Shown here piece by piece: positions 1 to 11,123 of a stretch of DNA of 64,000 nt. Position numbers and translations under genes: made by a program. Numbering within the stretch: the first letter of the stretch is position 1; every line of letters begins with the position of its first letter. The DNA is from Marsupella aquatica (Eukaryota > Plantae > Marchantiophyta), in contig OZ316899.1 in NCBI GenBank assembly GCA_973895155.1, positions 6,761,241 to 6,825,240 of the forward strand, given 5' to 3'. A model generated the notes under the pieces. The model was not told the origin of the DNA, did no database searches, and worked only from the letters and a program-made list of their open reading frames with translations.

Positions 1-1299
1 GTCAAATATGGATGCAGATTCTTTGAAGAAGAGTGTATCCAATTCTCGATCACCAGCACAAAACACTCATGCCAAAGTCATGACTCGCAACCAAGGTATG
101 AATAATGTCATGTATAAGCCACCCAGGAAAGCCAAGAAAAGCAGCCAGGGTAAGGTGGAGGTGATAACCACAGCAGAGCCAGTCCATAATCTTCTATCAT
201 GGGAGGATGACTCGCAGGTATGTGTGGGTACAGGCATTTTGCGACCGGATCATGCTAAATTCCATGGCAAAGTGGTCCTGGATGACCATGTAGTAGTGTT
301 GTTGACTACAGTGATTGTATCTGATTGTAATTTGCCATTTCCGAATAGAGACGATGATCCACCTCAGGAAATAATTGCACATGCAGTAGGATCTCTTGTG
401 CTCTGGCCATCAGAGTGTGTTAGTCTGTAGTGACTGAATGCAAGTGTAGATAGAATCATGTGACATGTGTTATATTTTGACAGTGCCTTGGAAAGATCCA
501 AGAAATATCTGTACCAATTTTTCCATTTGGTAAAGAGGATGAAGGAGCCGTTGTGTGTGACATTGATATTTCTAAATTCTGTATATATGAAACAAGTGAT
601 TGATGTCAAACTATGGCTCTATGGTGATTGTCTATGATACTTGAATCTGTTTTGTATCATTTAAGTATTAGTGTGTATGGTATAGACGAATGCTTTGTGA
701 CCTTCTTTGTAGTCTATGATGTTTGAATCTGTGAATTCATATTAGTGTACATGGTATAGAAGATGGCTTTCTGAAAATTTGTGTGAGGTTCTAATGTTAA
801 CATGGTGAATGGTGACCTTATAGAGTGAGTTCATTCCAAGTACACAATAAAACATGAATGGAATGTGTTATTTGTGCACAAGAGTGAGTTCATTCCAAGT
901 AGTATAGTGGGGTCTTCATCACTCATTTCCAGTTGACATGAAAGACTTGTACATACCCCACAAAGTGTCTACTTTAGTCGTTTTATAAACCCACAAAGTA
1001 TACTTAAAGACTACCCTCCATAACCTTTTGAGTCGTTCCCAACGACTCACCATCGCAGTCCATAAAAGACTGAAAAAGACTCACCAAACCTACCCACACA
1101 AAGACTACAATAGACTGAAAATCCAGTCTATAAAACGACTTATAAACCAGTTCTATAAAGGACTCAGTTGATTATAGTAACAAAACATACGACTCATAGT
1201 CCTATAAAGGACTGGAGTCCTTCCCAGTCATTTCCAAGTCCTATACGGTACTGAATAGTTGTTTTATGGGGTCTAAATACCCCCCAGTTTCTACTAGTG
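1..1299 (+). mobile_element. 3' end of a CACTA/EnSpm DNA transposon (TIR 1281-1299, subterminal GACT/AGTC repeats ~960-1260)
   Basis: Ends in CCCCCAGTTTCTACTAGTG, the reverse complement of CACTAGTAGAAACTGGGGG. This is near-identical to the TIRs at 49614 and 63966. Dense GACT/AGTC motifs lie just inside. Confidence 0.9.
8..430 (+). CDS. C-terminal part of CACTA TnpA-like (ORF2) protein
   Basis: CVGTGILRP..FHGK....VVLLT...LPFPNRDDDPPQEIIAHAVGSLVLWP aligns by eye with ORF 50496-50987 (CVGYGKLRP..FHCK....VVLLT...LPVPNLNDDPPQTIIADALNSLVLWP). Both lie 0.85-0.9 kb from a CACTA TIR. Confidence 0.8.
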   Translation: MDADSLKKSVSNSRSPAQNTHAKVMTRNQGMNNVMYKPPRKAKKSSQGKVEVITTAEPVHNLLSWEDDSQVCVGTGILRPDHAKFHGKVVLDDHVVVLLTTVIVSDCNLPFPNRDDDPPQEIIAHAVGSLVLWPSECVSL

Positions 1300-3968
1300 C
1301 GATGGGCAATAAGACCAAAGTTGATACCAGGAAGACCTTGCCTGACAAGGAGTTCCGGTCGTTCCCAGGGCCATCAACAAAGAATGGCTTCTTCTAGAAC
1401 ACCTGCACCAACCCGCACATTGGGGAGATGATTGATTTCTTGCGGGTAACCATGCATTGCAACTTGCCGAGGCCAGAGATTGGCAAGGCACAAGTTTACC
1501 TGGCGGAGAGGCCAGACCCCAGCTGGGACTACAACGGATGCCTCCTCACCCAATTGAAGAAAATCTTGAAGGAGGAACAGCAGGTGATCGGCAAGGGAAG
1601 CGTGTCCCGGCTTGGCTATCATATGCCGTTGTTGTGCCGCTATGCTCGAAGTCAGATATTCGCCCCGGTACTTCCCTTGCAGGCAAGAGCACCAGAGAGG
1701 TTCCGGAATAGAGGCCGGCAATAGAGAAACCGACCCAGCCCGACAGTCCTACAATCGAGCAGGTGTTTAGGCCGAGGAAGGAAGACTTGTCGATGCAGCA
1801 ACCATGCATGCAGAATCTGCTGAAATTGCTAGAGAAAGAAAGGAGAACGGCAATGGCAACGGCAACGGGACCGGTACAGAATACTGCTCCCAAAGTTGGC
1901 CTAAGCTGACTTACCAGGGAAAACCCCTTTACCGGGGCCAAGGAGAGAGGGAGGCCGGAACACGAGCCGGGAGTCCGAATGTATGTAGGAGCCTCAAGTC
2001 CCGAAGCCGAGGAAAAGCAACCCAAAGCTCCTGGTCACGACAGGGAGAAGAAGAGATCAACCTGGAAGCCGGAGGAGGAACCAGGACCTGTGATCTGTAA
2101 GGCCGTGTTCACGGCAAAACTAGGAGAGCAGCGGGGGGAGCCAGTAGTCCAAGTCGCGGAGGAGGCGGTAGAAGGCTACGACAATGATGACTCCGGCTAC
2201 GGGTCGGACCATCATGTTCCAGGAGTAAGGACCTATGGCAGGTTCATCCCCACTCTTCCAAGAGTAGTTCAAGGGGACCCCACCCAGCAGAGCAGCCCCG
2301 AGTCTCCCCCACCAGATGTCGCTCCCCCGAGCTTTGACGGCATTAAACAGATGGCACAAGAGTTTCAGGAGCAACTCAAGTAGGAAGAGAAGGCAGCCTT
2401 GGCTAGGGAGACAGATTTACCAGGGGGAGAATGGCCACAGCACATCAGGCGGCTTGCAGAAAAACAAAGTAGCCCTCCAGCCACGATAGAAGAAATCCGC
2501 AAGGCGGCTTGGGAACAAAGGCCGCGATGGTTGATGTCGATGACTTCTACTCACTCCGCCTATGCTAAAGAAAGAGCCATGGAGTACGGGGAGATGTGTG
2601 GGGAACTTGCGCTCAACATCTTTGGGGAGGAGTTGGAGCAGGGACCCTTTTTCTAGAGGGAGATGTTGGAGAAGCGTCGATTAGAAGAAGCGGTGGCTTT
2701 GGAGAGAAGCAAGAAGGACAACATCATCCGTTGGCTTAGGGCAAGGGAAGCCGAGGTAGAAGACCTGAAGGCGGCCAAGAAAGTCCAAGATGAGTTGCGG
2801 ATTAAGCGGCATGAACTAAACATCATGTAGGGGCAATTGGATACCGCGCAGTCTGATAATCAGATTATCAAGGATAAACTGACTTGGACCCAAGGAGAGT
2901 TGGCCAATGCGATCAAGGAGAATGAGAAGTGGAAGCGAGAGCTAAGGGACGCAGAGGAGGCCCACATAGCAGCCAACAACCGGGCCATGGCGGAGGCCCA
3001 GAGAAGGGAGAGGGCGTTGAAGGGGGAGCTCAAGGATATCCGGGGAGCCCTTGAGCAGAAGGAGGCCGAGTTAGGGAAATCCTATCAGGCGATTATTGTG
3101 CTACGACAGGAGCTTGCATCCCTGACGGCCAGCTTCAAGGCCGATCTCCATGAGAAAAACTACCAACTCGACCAAACTTATGCCAAGATGAATAAAATGG
3201 AGTCTGAGGTCGTAACGGAGCTCAACAAGGAGCTAAGAGCAACCCAGGACGAGAGGGCTACCTTAAAAAAGGAGCTAGAGGAAGCCCAGAGAGTTGGAGG
3301 AAGCCCAGAAGGAGCTGGAGGAGGCGTGCAAGGACCTGGATGAATTGCAGGAGGAGTTGGAGGAAAGCACGCGGAAGATCCACTTACAGCAACGAGCCGA
3401 CAACCAAACGGAGCAGCTGAAGAAACAGGCCGCAGTATTTAAGTGCTTGGCTTCCTCAGGTCCAACTCCAATTGGGGCAACCAAGTTGCCAGGAGTAGTA
3501 CCGGCCGAAGGACAAGCCGAGACACTAGCACCGATGCCGGAGGTACGTGGCAAGGGGAAGGGACCAGCTACCAAAATAGGGAAGAAGAAAAAGCAAAAAC
3601 CTTATGGGTCAGGGAGTAACACGGCTTCTCAAGCCGTTGTGACCAAGGAGGTCAACCCGGCACCAACCTCAGGCAGGGTCACGGTAGAGGATCCAACTGT
3701 CCTACAAGGCGGGGATGACAAGGGCAAAGTCGGAATGCTCAGTGATGAGGCCGGTGTACCAAATCCACCACTAGAGCAAGCCGGGGAAGCCGTAGCCATA
3801 TTGGAGGCCGTGGCCGATGCTGAGGCCAAAGCCGAGGGTGGACCCAGTCAGGCCGATGGAGAGTTGACTTGGTCCGGAGCAGGTAATCTGTCAGAGGATG
3901 GACCTACGGTAGTGGCTGCGGAGGAAGTGTTGGGGGCGTCCATTGAGGATCAGCCACCACTACCATGA
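1300..3968 (+). pseudogene. LTR-retrotransposon accessory ORF (plant-transposon-protein-like N-terminus, long coiled coil, acidic tail), disrupted and 5'-truncated by the CACTA end
   Basis: Chain of + ORFs 1428-1724, 1979-2383, 2399-2656, 2837-3343, 3294-3968. IDFLRVTMH..LPR.EI...LGYHMPLL resembles LEFQRYALHMMEPRGKI...FASHI (46699 ORF). Heptad KELEEAQ repeats ~3270-3330. Confidence 0.6.
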
Positions 3969-4006
3969 CGGTGGTGGAGGGCCGCTCCTTTTAAGGAGGG
4001 CGGACG

Positions 4007-4865
4007 TGGAGGGAGGAGGCGTGAGTGGGCAGGGTGGGCTCAGATCTCCAAGTTTAGAATTAGGATCAGGACCGGGAGGCGGCCCTGACACTTAGCTTAG
4101 TGGGATTGCGGATCCACTGGTAAGAGCAACACTTGTGCTCCTGCCTCGCTGTACATAGGTAGATTACGGTCAGGTTAGATTAGGCTTATGTTGCAAGGAA
4201 TTGGGCGGATCCGCTGCCAGGATAAGTACCTGGGCAGCGGGGGTTTCAGGTCCTTCTTCCTTAGCAAGTTTTTAGTGCACCAGCAGGGTTGGGATCAAGT
4301 AGTTAAAGAAGCTCTTGGTTAGTTATGCTGTGACCCTTGTTTATATTCATGTTTCCTCATACCTAAGAGATGAATAGAGTTGGCCTCACGGCTTAGTTCG
4401 CAAATCTTGTGTATGAGAAGTACTGTTTGTATGGCAAGTGCATGGTATAACTCAGTTAGAAGGAGTCATTTTGCTATTTGTGTGTTGCATTAACTTGTTT
4501 GAAGATTGCCCACATCAACCAAGAAGGGAGTAAGCAAGGTAGTAAGAATTGGATGCATGTGTCGAGCTGAGAGAGGTCTTAGCGGCTTACCCAAGCCAGT
4601 TGGAGATCATTCCGGCGGCAGAATCCAAACATACCTAAAGGAAGACCAGGAGAGGAGGACAAGGGAAGGCATAGAAGAGGTCGGCTACGTATCTCATGAC
4701 CCGATGAAGGATCTGTCCAGTATATGTGTGTAAAATGTTAGTAGAAGGAAGTTAGCAGCGTCCCATGCCACTAAGCTGCGAAACCGGCCTTGCCAAGAGC
4801 GAAACCTGCAGGGATCGGCTTGTGCAGGGGGGTTTCTTGGGTTCAGGGAGCCATGGGACGCACCA
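4007..4865 (+). repeat. Probable 3' LTR (TGGAG...CACCA) preceded by a PPT-like tract at ~3993-4003
   Basis: TTTTAAGGAGGGCGG precedes TGGAG. The end ATGGGACGCACCA resembles the ends of the giant LTRs (ATGGGCGCGACA, ATGATGTGACA). No second copy in the window. Confidence 0.45.
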
Positions 4866-5354
4866 TAGAAAACTAAATTCTTTGAGTATGAAATCTGGTG
4901 CTGGGTGTATACCCTTAGAAGAGATTCCTGCCCTTTTCCTCCTCTACTTCCAGGGAACCCATGGCCATACAACTATTATGTCTGGGTCTTTCATGAGGGA
5001 TATGCAATTCAGCTTAAGTATGAGCGAGAACTTATCAAATTAAGAGAGCAACTGAAGAGAAATGAACTTCACTCCTCTTCCCGTACTCAAGGATCACAAG
5101 CCATTAGAGGACTTGTTTGATTGCCGCTACTTGACATTTGGCCTCCTATGTAACTTCATAACTCTGAATAAGTAAAGATCAGCTTTGATTATTTCATCAA
5201 TAGAACCTCAAAATACTCAGATATTATTGAAGATCAGCATATTGTTTCACTTCTTGTGCGGACATGGCAAAGTTTGAGTGGAGGGCTATGTGGAAGATGT
5301 TGTCAAAATCCATCAATAAGAGTTTATTTTGAAAATTTTCAAACTTTTGGAGCA

Positions 5355-5637
5355 AAAGACAACGTTTTCTCAAGCATCCACACTATTCTGACGCTTCACA
5401 AGGCATTTACCTCTAATTACTCTGTTCCAAGTAATTCCTGCTAAGGACGTAACTCAAGCCAGGATGTTACTTAAGCGTCCACCAAGACGTGAGTTAACTT
5501 GTGGCCCACTCTAAAGTGAAGAAAAACACCGACGCTTTGTAAAGCATCCGCCTCAAACATTGACGCTTCGTGAAATGTCCACTACATTTTTCATGAGAAT
5601 ACCCTTTTAGATATTGAGATTTGAAAAGTTATACCCC
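5355..5637. repeat. Array of degenerate palindromes GACGCTT-N3-AAGCGTC ending at TTATACCCC; probable DNA-transposon terminus
   Basis: Units such as gacgcttcacaaggcatt, gatgttacttaagcgtc, gacgctttgtaaagcatc and gacgcttcgtgaaatgtc. Confidence 0.45.
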
Positions 5638-5649
5638 TTCAGTCTTCTT

Positions 5650-8090
5650 TCCATTAGAAGTCTTTCGATAAGATACCACAGTTTATCCATCATTTGGGGG
5701 GGGGGGACAAACTTTATTTAGAAAGAGAAGTTCTGAATAGTTGTTTTCCACCTTCCATTTTAACAAGAATGTCTTGTATGGAAGTAAAGCATGTGTTATC
5801 AATTGTGAACAAATTCAGAAGATTCCTTTTGGTGACTGAATTTTAACCACACACTCTTGAGATTCTTATCAAACTCACTGCTAAGCTTGCTTGCTGTGTC
5901 AAGATTTGTTAGCTAATTCAAGAATAGATGATTGTAGTAGAGGAGCAAAACTCCATCCTCAGGGTATCTTAGTACCACAACTTTACTTTGGCATATATAT
6001 TAGAGTTTGATTTGAATTGCATTTCGCTGACAATCAAACTATGTTGACGGCATTTTAATATATATCTAAGTGAATCTGCCACAAATGTACTATGGGTTTG
6101 GTGAGCAAGAGAATCCTTCTATTTTTCATCTTTATGACTCCTAGAGAGAAAACAGAGGATCTGACTTGATAGTTTCAATTTTGTCTATATTGAGTCCATA
6201 ATCCTTCCCAAAGGAGTGGCAGTAGCATGTTAAAACCAATCATTTTACTGATTTCTTCTTCCTTTTGATTCATAACTCAGGAGTTATCTTTTTCTTGTGT
6301 TTTGTTATTTTCATTCTTTGTTTGGAATTGAAAGTTTCAGAGCAAGAACTCTAAACCACCCAAATTTGTTAATTCATTCAATCTATTTCTAATCTGTTCT
6401 TAAAGGGATCGAATTCTGAGTTTTTAAGGTCATATTGTTGGGTAGAACCACCGTGCCAGGAAATAGTAAAAAGGGAACAACAAACAGTAAACAACAAATG
6501 GATGAAAAAAAATTGGAATTTTTTTTTTGGATTTTTTTTTTTTGGGTTTGTATTTTTGACATTTTTTTACTAGCGCCCCAAGCTAGTAATAGTAGCGTCT
6601 GGCGCTAGCCAAAAATGATTATTTTAAAAAATATTTTGAAAATTTTGAGTTTTAATGAGAAATTTTTTATATTTCATTTTTGCTCGTAATAGTAAAATTT
6701 TCCTCATAACAGGAAATCATTTTCCTGTTTCCTGGCACAGTGTAAAGCCTCATATTGTTACTTTTTGTTCTTTCGGCCATACGACAAGCCACCTCGTAAG
6801 CTTGAACATATGTGGGTGCATTCCTAAATTTCTCCCACATTTGGTAACGTTTGGAGTGTTTCCCTTCACAAATTCCCTCCACGGTATGACGTCTTAGTGA
6901 CTATCAATGTACCTATTGAAATATTCTTCATACGGGAAGGGATTGCCAAGGGATGAGCTACCTGAACGCCTTCAATAACATCTTCCACTTTTTTGTTTGC
7001 AACTCGACACTTCCCCGTTTGGATCGGATGATCATGAACTCCCATATGCACTACAAGTCTAGATATGTGTTTTGAGACATGAGAGTCCAAAGTTGGTTTT
7101 GCATAAACATAAATTAAACATCATTGATGGACAAGGCCTGACACATATAAGGTCTCTCATCACAAAAGCCACAAACCAAACCTCCTTCCGGAACCAGATT
7201 TCCCAGTTGGAAGACATCGGTCATTAGTGATCTTCATGGAAATGCCGCTTCATTCCTCATTCCTGTCTCCTTGAACCTTGAATAGTTCAAATTTTGACAC
7301 TGCACAACACCACTGCAACGGACCTTGAAAACAGACCAGTGATTACGTGGCTTCAGGTTAGCCAAAGTAGTGACCAATCGGGTCCAAGGGTAGCCATCAT
7401 TGTCACAGTCCATGTTGAAAAGCCCTTGACCGCGACCAAATCTTGACTCCACTGGAGGAAGCTCATATACCATGTCTCCATTGTAACTTGTTGGAAGACG
7501 ATCAACTTGGATTGTATCAACCCACGAGACATCTCTTCTAAATCTTGCCAGCTCACTTGCCCCAATAATGCTCAAAAATGCTTCAAGCACACCAATTCTG
7601 TAGACTTTCTGCAAAAGATGACATCCCGAAGCACTTGGAAGAGGAGTATCTACTTTCAATTTTGTAGAACAACTTCCAAAAGTAAAATTAGTACCCTCAA
7701 GAGTGGTAAACCCAAAACCAGAGGCCTGTACATTTGTTCCTCTCCCCGGGGGAGAGTCCAGGTCTACAAGCACTTTTCCCCAAGGGTTCTCAAAAGGCTC
7801 TGGAAAATCATCTTTGCCTGACAAAACCTCAACCACATCTCCAGAAGCAACCTCCCAAACTCTTGCACCATGTAGAGTTCTTGAAATAAATTTGTCCTTC
7901 CTTGATCCATGAAGTGAAACAAGAAAGAACAACCTTGAAATGAAATCACAATTATTGAGCCCAAATCTTGTCAAAAGAAAGGCCTCTGTCACATTAGTGA
8001 TCTTTCTCATAGATGAAACTTCAAGAGTAACAATGTCTCCAGTGCTCCGACGCCAGCGTATGACACTCAAAGCCATCAAATAAGGACCAA
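5650..8090 (-). pseudogene. Degenerate GCM-like/Mutator-related transposase with internal deletion and MITE insertion
   Basis: ORFs 7234-8223 and 6866-7090 read ..YNGDMVYELPP..MDCDNDGYPWTR..C.G...CQN..LVCGFC..P...C...RLVVHMGVHDHPI, a GCM-type Zn domain. 6743-6882 is a further fragment. A stop-riddled Cys-rich tail (AKCNS..SCGTKIP.GWSFAP) lies at ~5650-6100. Confidence 0.6.
6449..6742. mobile_element. MITE-like insertion, ~294 bp, with ~24-bp imperfect TIRs (CAC(C/T)GTGCCAGGAAA..)
   Basis: caccgtgccaggaaatagtaaaaa at 6449 versus tttttcctgtttcctggcacagtg ending at 6742. AT-rich non-coding interior. No TSD recognisable. Confidence 0.65.
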
Positions 8091-9387
8091 GACAAGGATC
8101 CAAACACAAACACTCATGGATGAATATATAGAATAATATTAGGACAATAAAGTTTAGAATAAAATGGAACGTCAGTTTAAAGTTGCATATACAACAAAAC
8201 TTCAACGACTCTAATACCTTCAAGAAATGAATTATTGCTAGCGATATTGATGGCCTAAATTTTCTATCATAAAGAGGTCCTTATCATCCAAAGTTATATC
8301 TGGTAATCTTCCAAAAAATTGCCTATTTAATGTTGACAACAAGGTTAGCTTGGGTTGTACTAGGATGTTTACTGAACTTGGAGTATACTTGGGGTATACT
8401 AGGAGGATTACTGAAATTGGAGCTTCGTTTTAAACAACAGTTTTTGCTAGCGACCTCACTAGACATAATTTAGGTAACTTTTCTGTGTTTAAGCTAGAAT
8501 CTATTCTTCAACCATCTATATTTTCACTCACAAATTGACATTAACAAAGTAGAGGATTCTGAGATGTCCCATAAATTAAACCTTTGAGAAACCCTGAATT
8601 AGGCCAGCGATATCGCTAGCCTGAAGCACCAGAAATTTAGGGTAGACTTTTATTTGAATTTGGGGTTCAATTGAGGGATATAGAAACAAATATATTTCCA
8701 AAATGTCATGTTTACACATTAAACATTGGGCTATTAGTATAGTTGAAGTCTAGTTTGTTGATGGTTTGAAGAATTCTGTTTGACTTTTGTCGAGTATTTA
8801 AGAATTTAGGAAAGAATTAAGGGTTCATTTGAAATAACCCCACATCACTTTTAACCTACCCCATTAGCAGTGATTTGGCCAACCATGTCGCTGGCAAAAA
8901 ACTGTCTAAAAATACTTGTCTTAAACAAAGTTTGGAGTTGTCCATTTTTCCCTCAACAAGATCCATAATCAGTCATCTAATGTCAAAATTATAAGTACTG
9001 TTGGAAGGGTTAACTTCATTTTGAAGAGTAAATTTCATAAAAACTTCAGTTCATACTTCCATTGGCATAGTTTGTTATTTTGTGAGAACGGACACCCAAC
9101 CCAAATTGGTAAACTATAGAGTAATTGACTCCAACCGTTGGAGTCAAATGTACATTTCATCCAAGTGAACCAAGTTGTTGGTAAGTAGTAATTAGACTCC
9201 TTGTTAACGTTAACTGATGGTTTGTTAACGTTAATTAGCACCGGTGTGATTAACATCTGTATAGCTCTCATTGACGGATCTTTGGCATGAAGGTGTTAAA
9301 TACTGATATTCCCTGTCAATGTCAGATACATTGTAGAATGGGTTACTTTGGATTCCCCTGAAATCTTGCTTTGGATTCCTAACACAT

Positions 9388-10178
9388 GTGACTTTGGATT
9401 CCTTTGCAAATCACCATACCAATTCCTTGTATTCCCTTCACGTGGTTCTCCTCTCCTTATCAGTCGATGGCTCTTTTGCATCCCCTAAGTCTATTTTTTC
9501 CGTTGCCTCACAATCAGCTGCCTCTCAACGTCGAGAGACCAGGAGTTCTACGAGCCACAAAGCATTTGCTTCGAGGCTGAAGACTTCAAGGAGGCAAAAG
9601 CTTGTTGATCCAATGGATATTGTGCCGCCTTCGATGGATTCTGCCAAGTCCGAGCCTTTCTCGGTTGTCATTAACCGGCACCTTTACCAGTTTGGGCCAG
9701 AAAAATTTGGGTATCCTCTTGTTCCCCCCTGAATTCCATTGTGTCGAATGCAGAACATGCAGCTTGTAAGGTCTCTTTAGACAAATTTGAATCCAATTGA
9801 GACTTTGAAGAATGAGTTCCGGGCTCAAGGGTACATTGAGGACGCGCCTCATTTTTATGTGCAAATGACAAATGAGAATGGGGACATGCAGTTTCTCAAT
9901 GACACAATCAGACAAAGTTGGGATCCAATGTGGTTGGCGCAGAATGAAGCTTTCGAGAGGGAGTGTATTTTCATCCTAATTTTTTTGTGCTCAAGTTAAG
10001 GTTAAAATGTTTTGTGTATTCGATGGCAATCACCGGCCGTCTCTATTCGTGGAACCTACTTGCTGCTGAGAATCCTCATGATGTCAAATATCATCCTCAA
10101 GTTGTCTCAAAGATATTCAAAGGAGAGAAGGATACTTTCGTGCAGATTGAATCTGCGATGCATGCTCTCAACCGGTGA
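9388..10178 (+). pseudogene. ParB/sulfiredoxin-like (DGNHR) domain gene, divergent from the GCM transposase
   Basis: Reconstructed across stops and frameshifts as IPLCRMQNMQLVRSL..IETLKNEFRAQGY...FYV...W...NEAFE...KMFCVFDGNHRLYSW...AMHALNR. DGNHR is at 10022-10036. A GT donor follows at ~10175. Confidence 0.6.
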
Positions 10179-10304
10179 GAAGATCTTTGACACATTTGAT
10201 CTTTGTGCTTCATTTTTGTGCATGATTTGTTCTTGCTGTTTGCTGAATTCTATCCTCAATGCCAGGTTGACACAATGCCACGTCAAAAATTTGTGGGTGC
10301 TAGA

Positions 10305-11123
10305 TGTTAAGCATAAACGACATTCGGAACTACAAGCCCATGAACCATCCAACGTACAAGAGTTGACACAGAGAGATACATGGTTCACCTCCACATGAGG
10401 CTACATCCACGGGAATATACAAGAGCTTTACTGGGCTCTAGGCCAAACGGCCATACCAAGCATCCATAGCACAAGCTCTCCCTATCTCTCAACTAGCTCC
10501 GTAACAATGAACCTAAGTTTCACCAGGGGCTGGCACCAGCCTTGGCAATAAACACAATAGCACTACCGCTAACATTAGCTAAGTCCTAACCCCAGTTAGC
10601 CTAACTGTGGTTAGCTCATGAGTCACATGACTAAGAGCAATACCTAACAAACTCCCCCTTGACTCTTGTCTTGGGGACTGGACTAATTGCTACCATATGG
10701 AATACTCAGCGGGAAGTTCTAGACAATCACCTAAATAGGTCTCCCCCTAAAAACCACAAGGGTTAACTAAGGGTTAACTAGAACTAAGGCGTAGCCAAAT
10801 TGGAATGAGTAATTCATATACAAATAGTCACACATTGCTAAATAACTCTACTTGCACTACAATTGCAAAACCTGCAAAGTAGCACGGTGTCTTGAGAAAC
10901 TCTCCAAAGGAATCACTTTGGTAAAGGCATCAGCGGGATTGAGCTTTCCATCAATCTTGACTAGCTCAAAAGTTTTATCAGACACTGCTTGCCTGATAAA
11001 ATGGTACCTGATATCAATGTGCTTCACCCTGCTATCCATCACCTGGTTAGCAGCCAAGTGAAGAGCACTCTGACTATCACAGTTTAGAGACATTTTCCCA
11101 TGCTCTCAACCCATCTTCGCAAT
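10305..11123 (-). mobile_element. 3' end of Ty1/copia element: RNase H C-terminus, PPT (~10651-10661), 345-bp 3' LTR 10305-10649
   Basis: TGTTA...TAACA termini. AAGGGGGAG PPT on the - strand. Interrupted by the gypsy LTR at 11124. Confidence 0.85.
10857..11093 (-). pseudogene. Copia RNase H C-terminal fragment
   Basis: CDSQSALHLAANQVMDSRVKHIDIRYHFIRQ...NPADAFTK motif. Confidence 0.9.

Noticed and set aside
5355-5600. Spaced palindromes as a CRISPR-like array
   Set aside because: The units are degenerate and irregularly spaced, the context is eukaryotic TE, and there are no cas genes.
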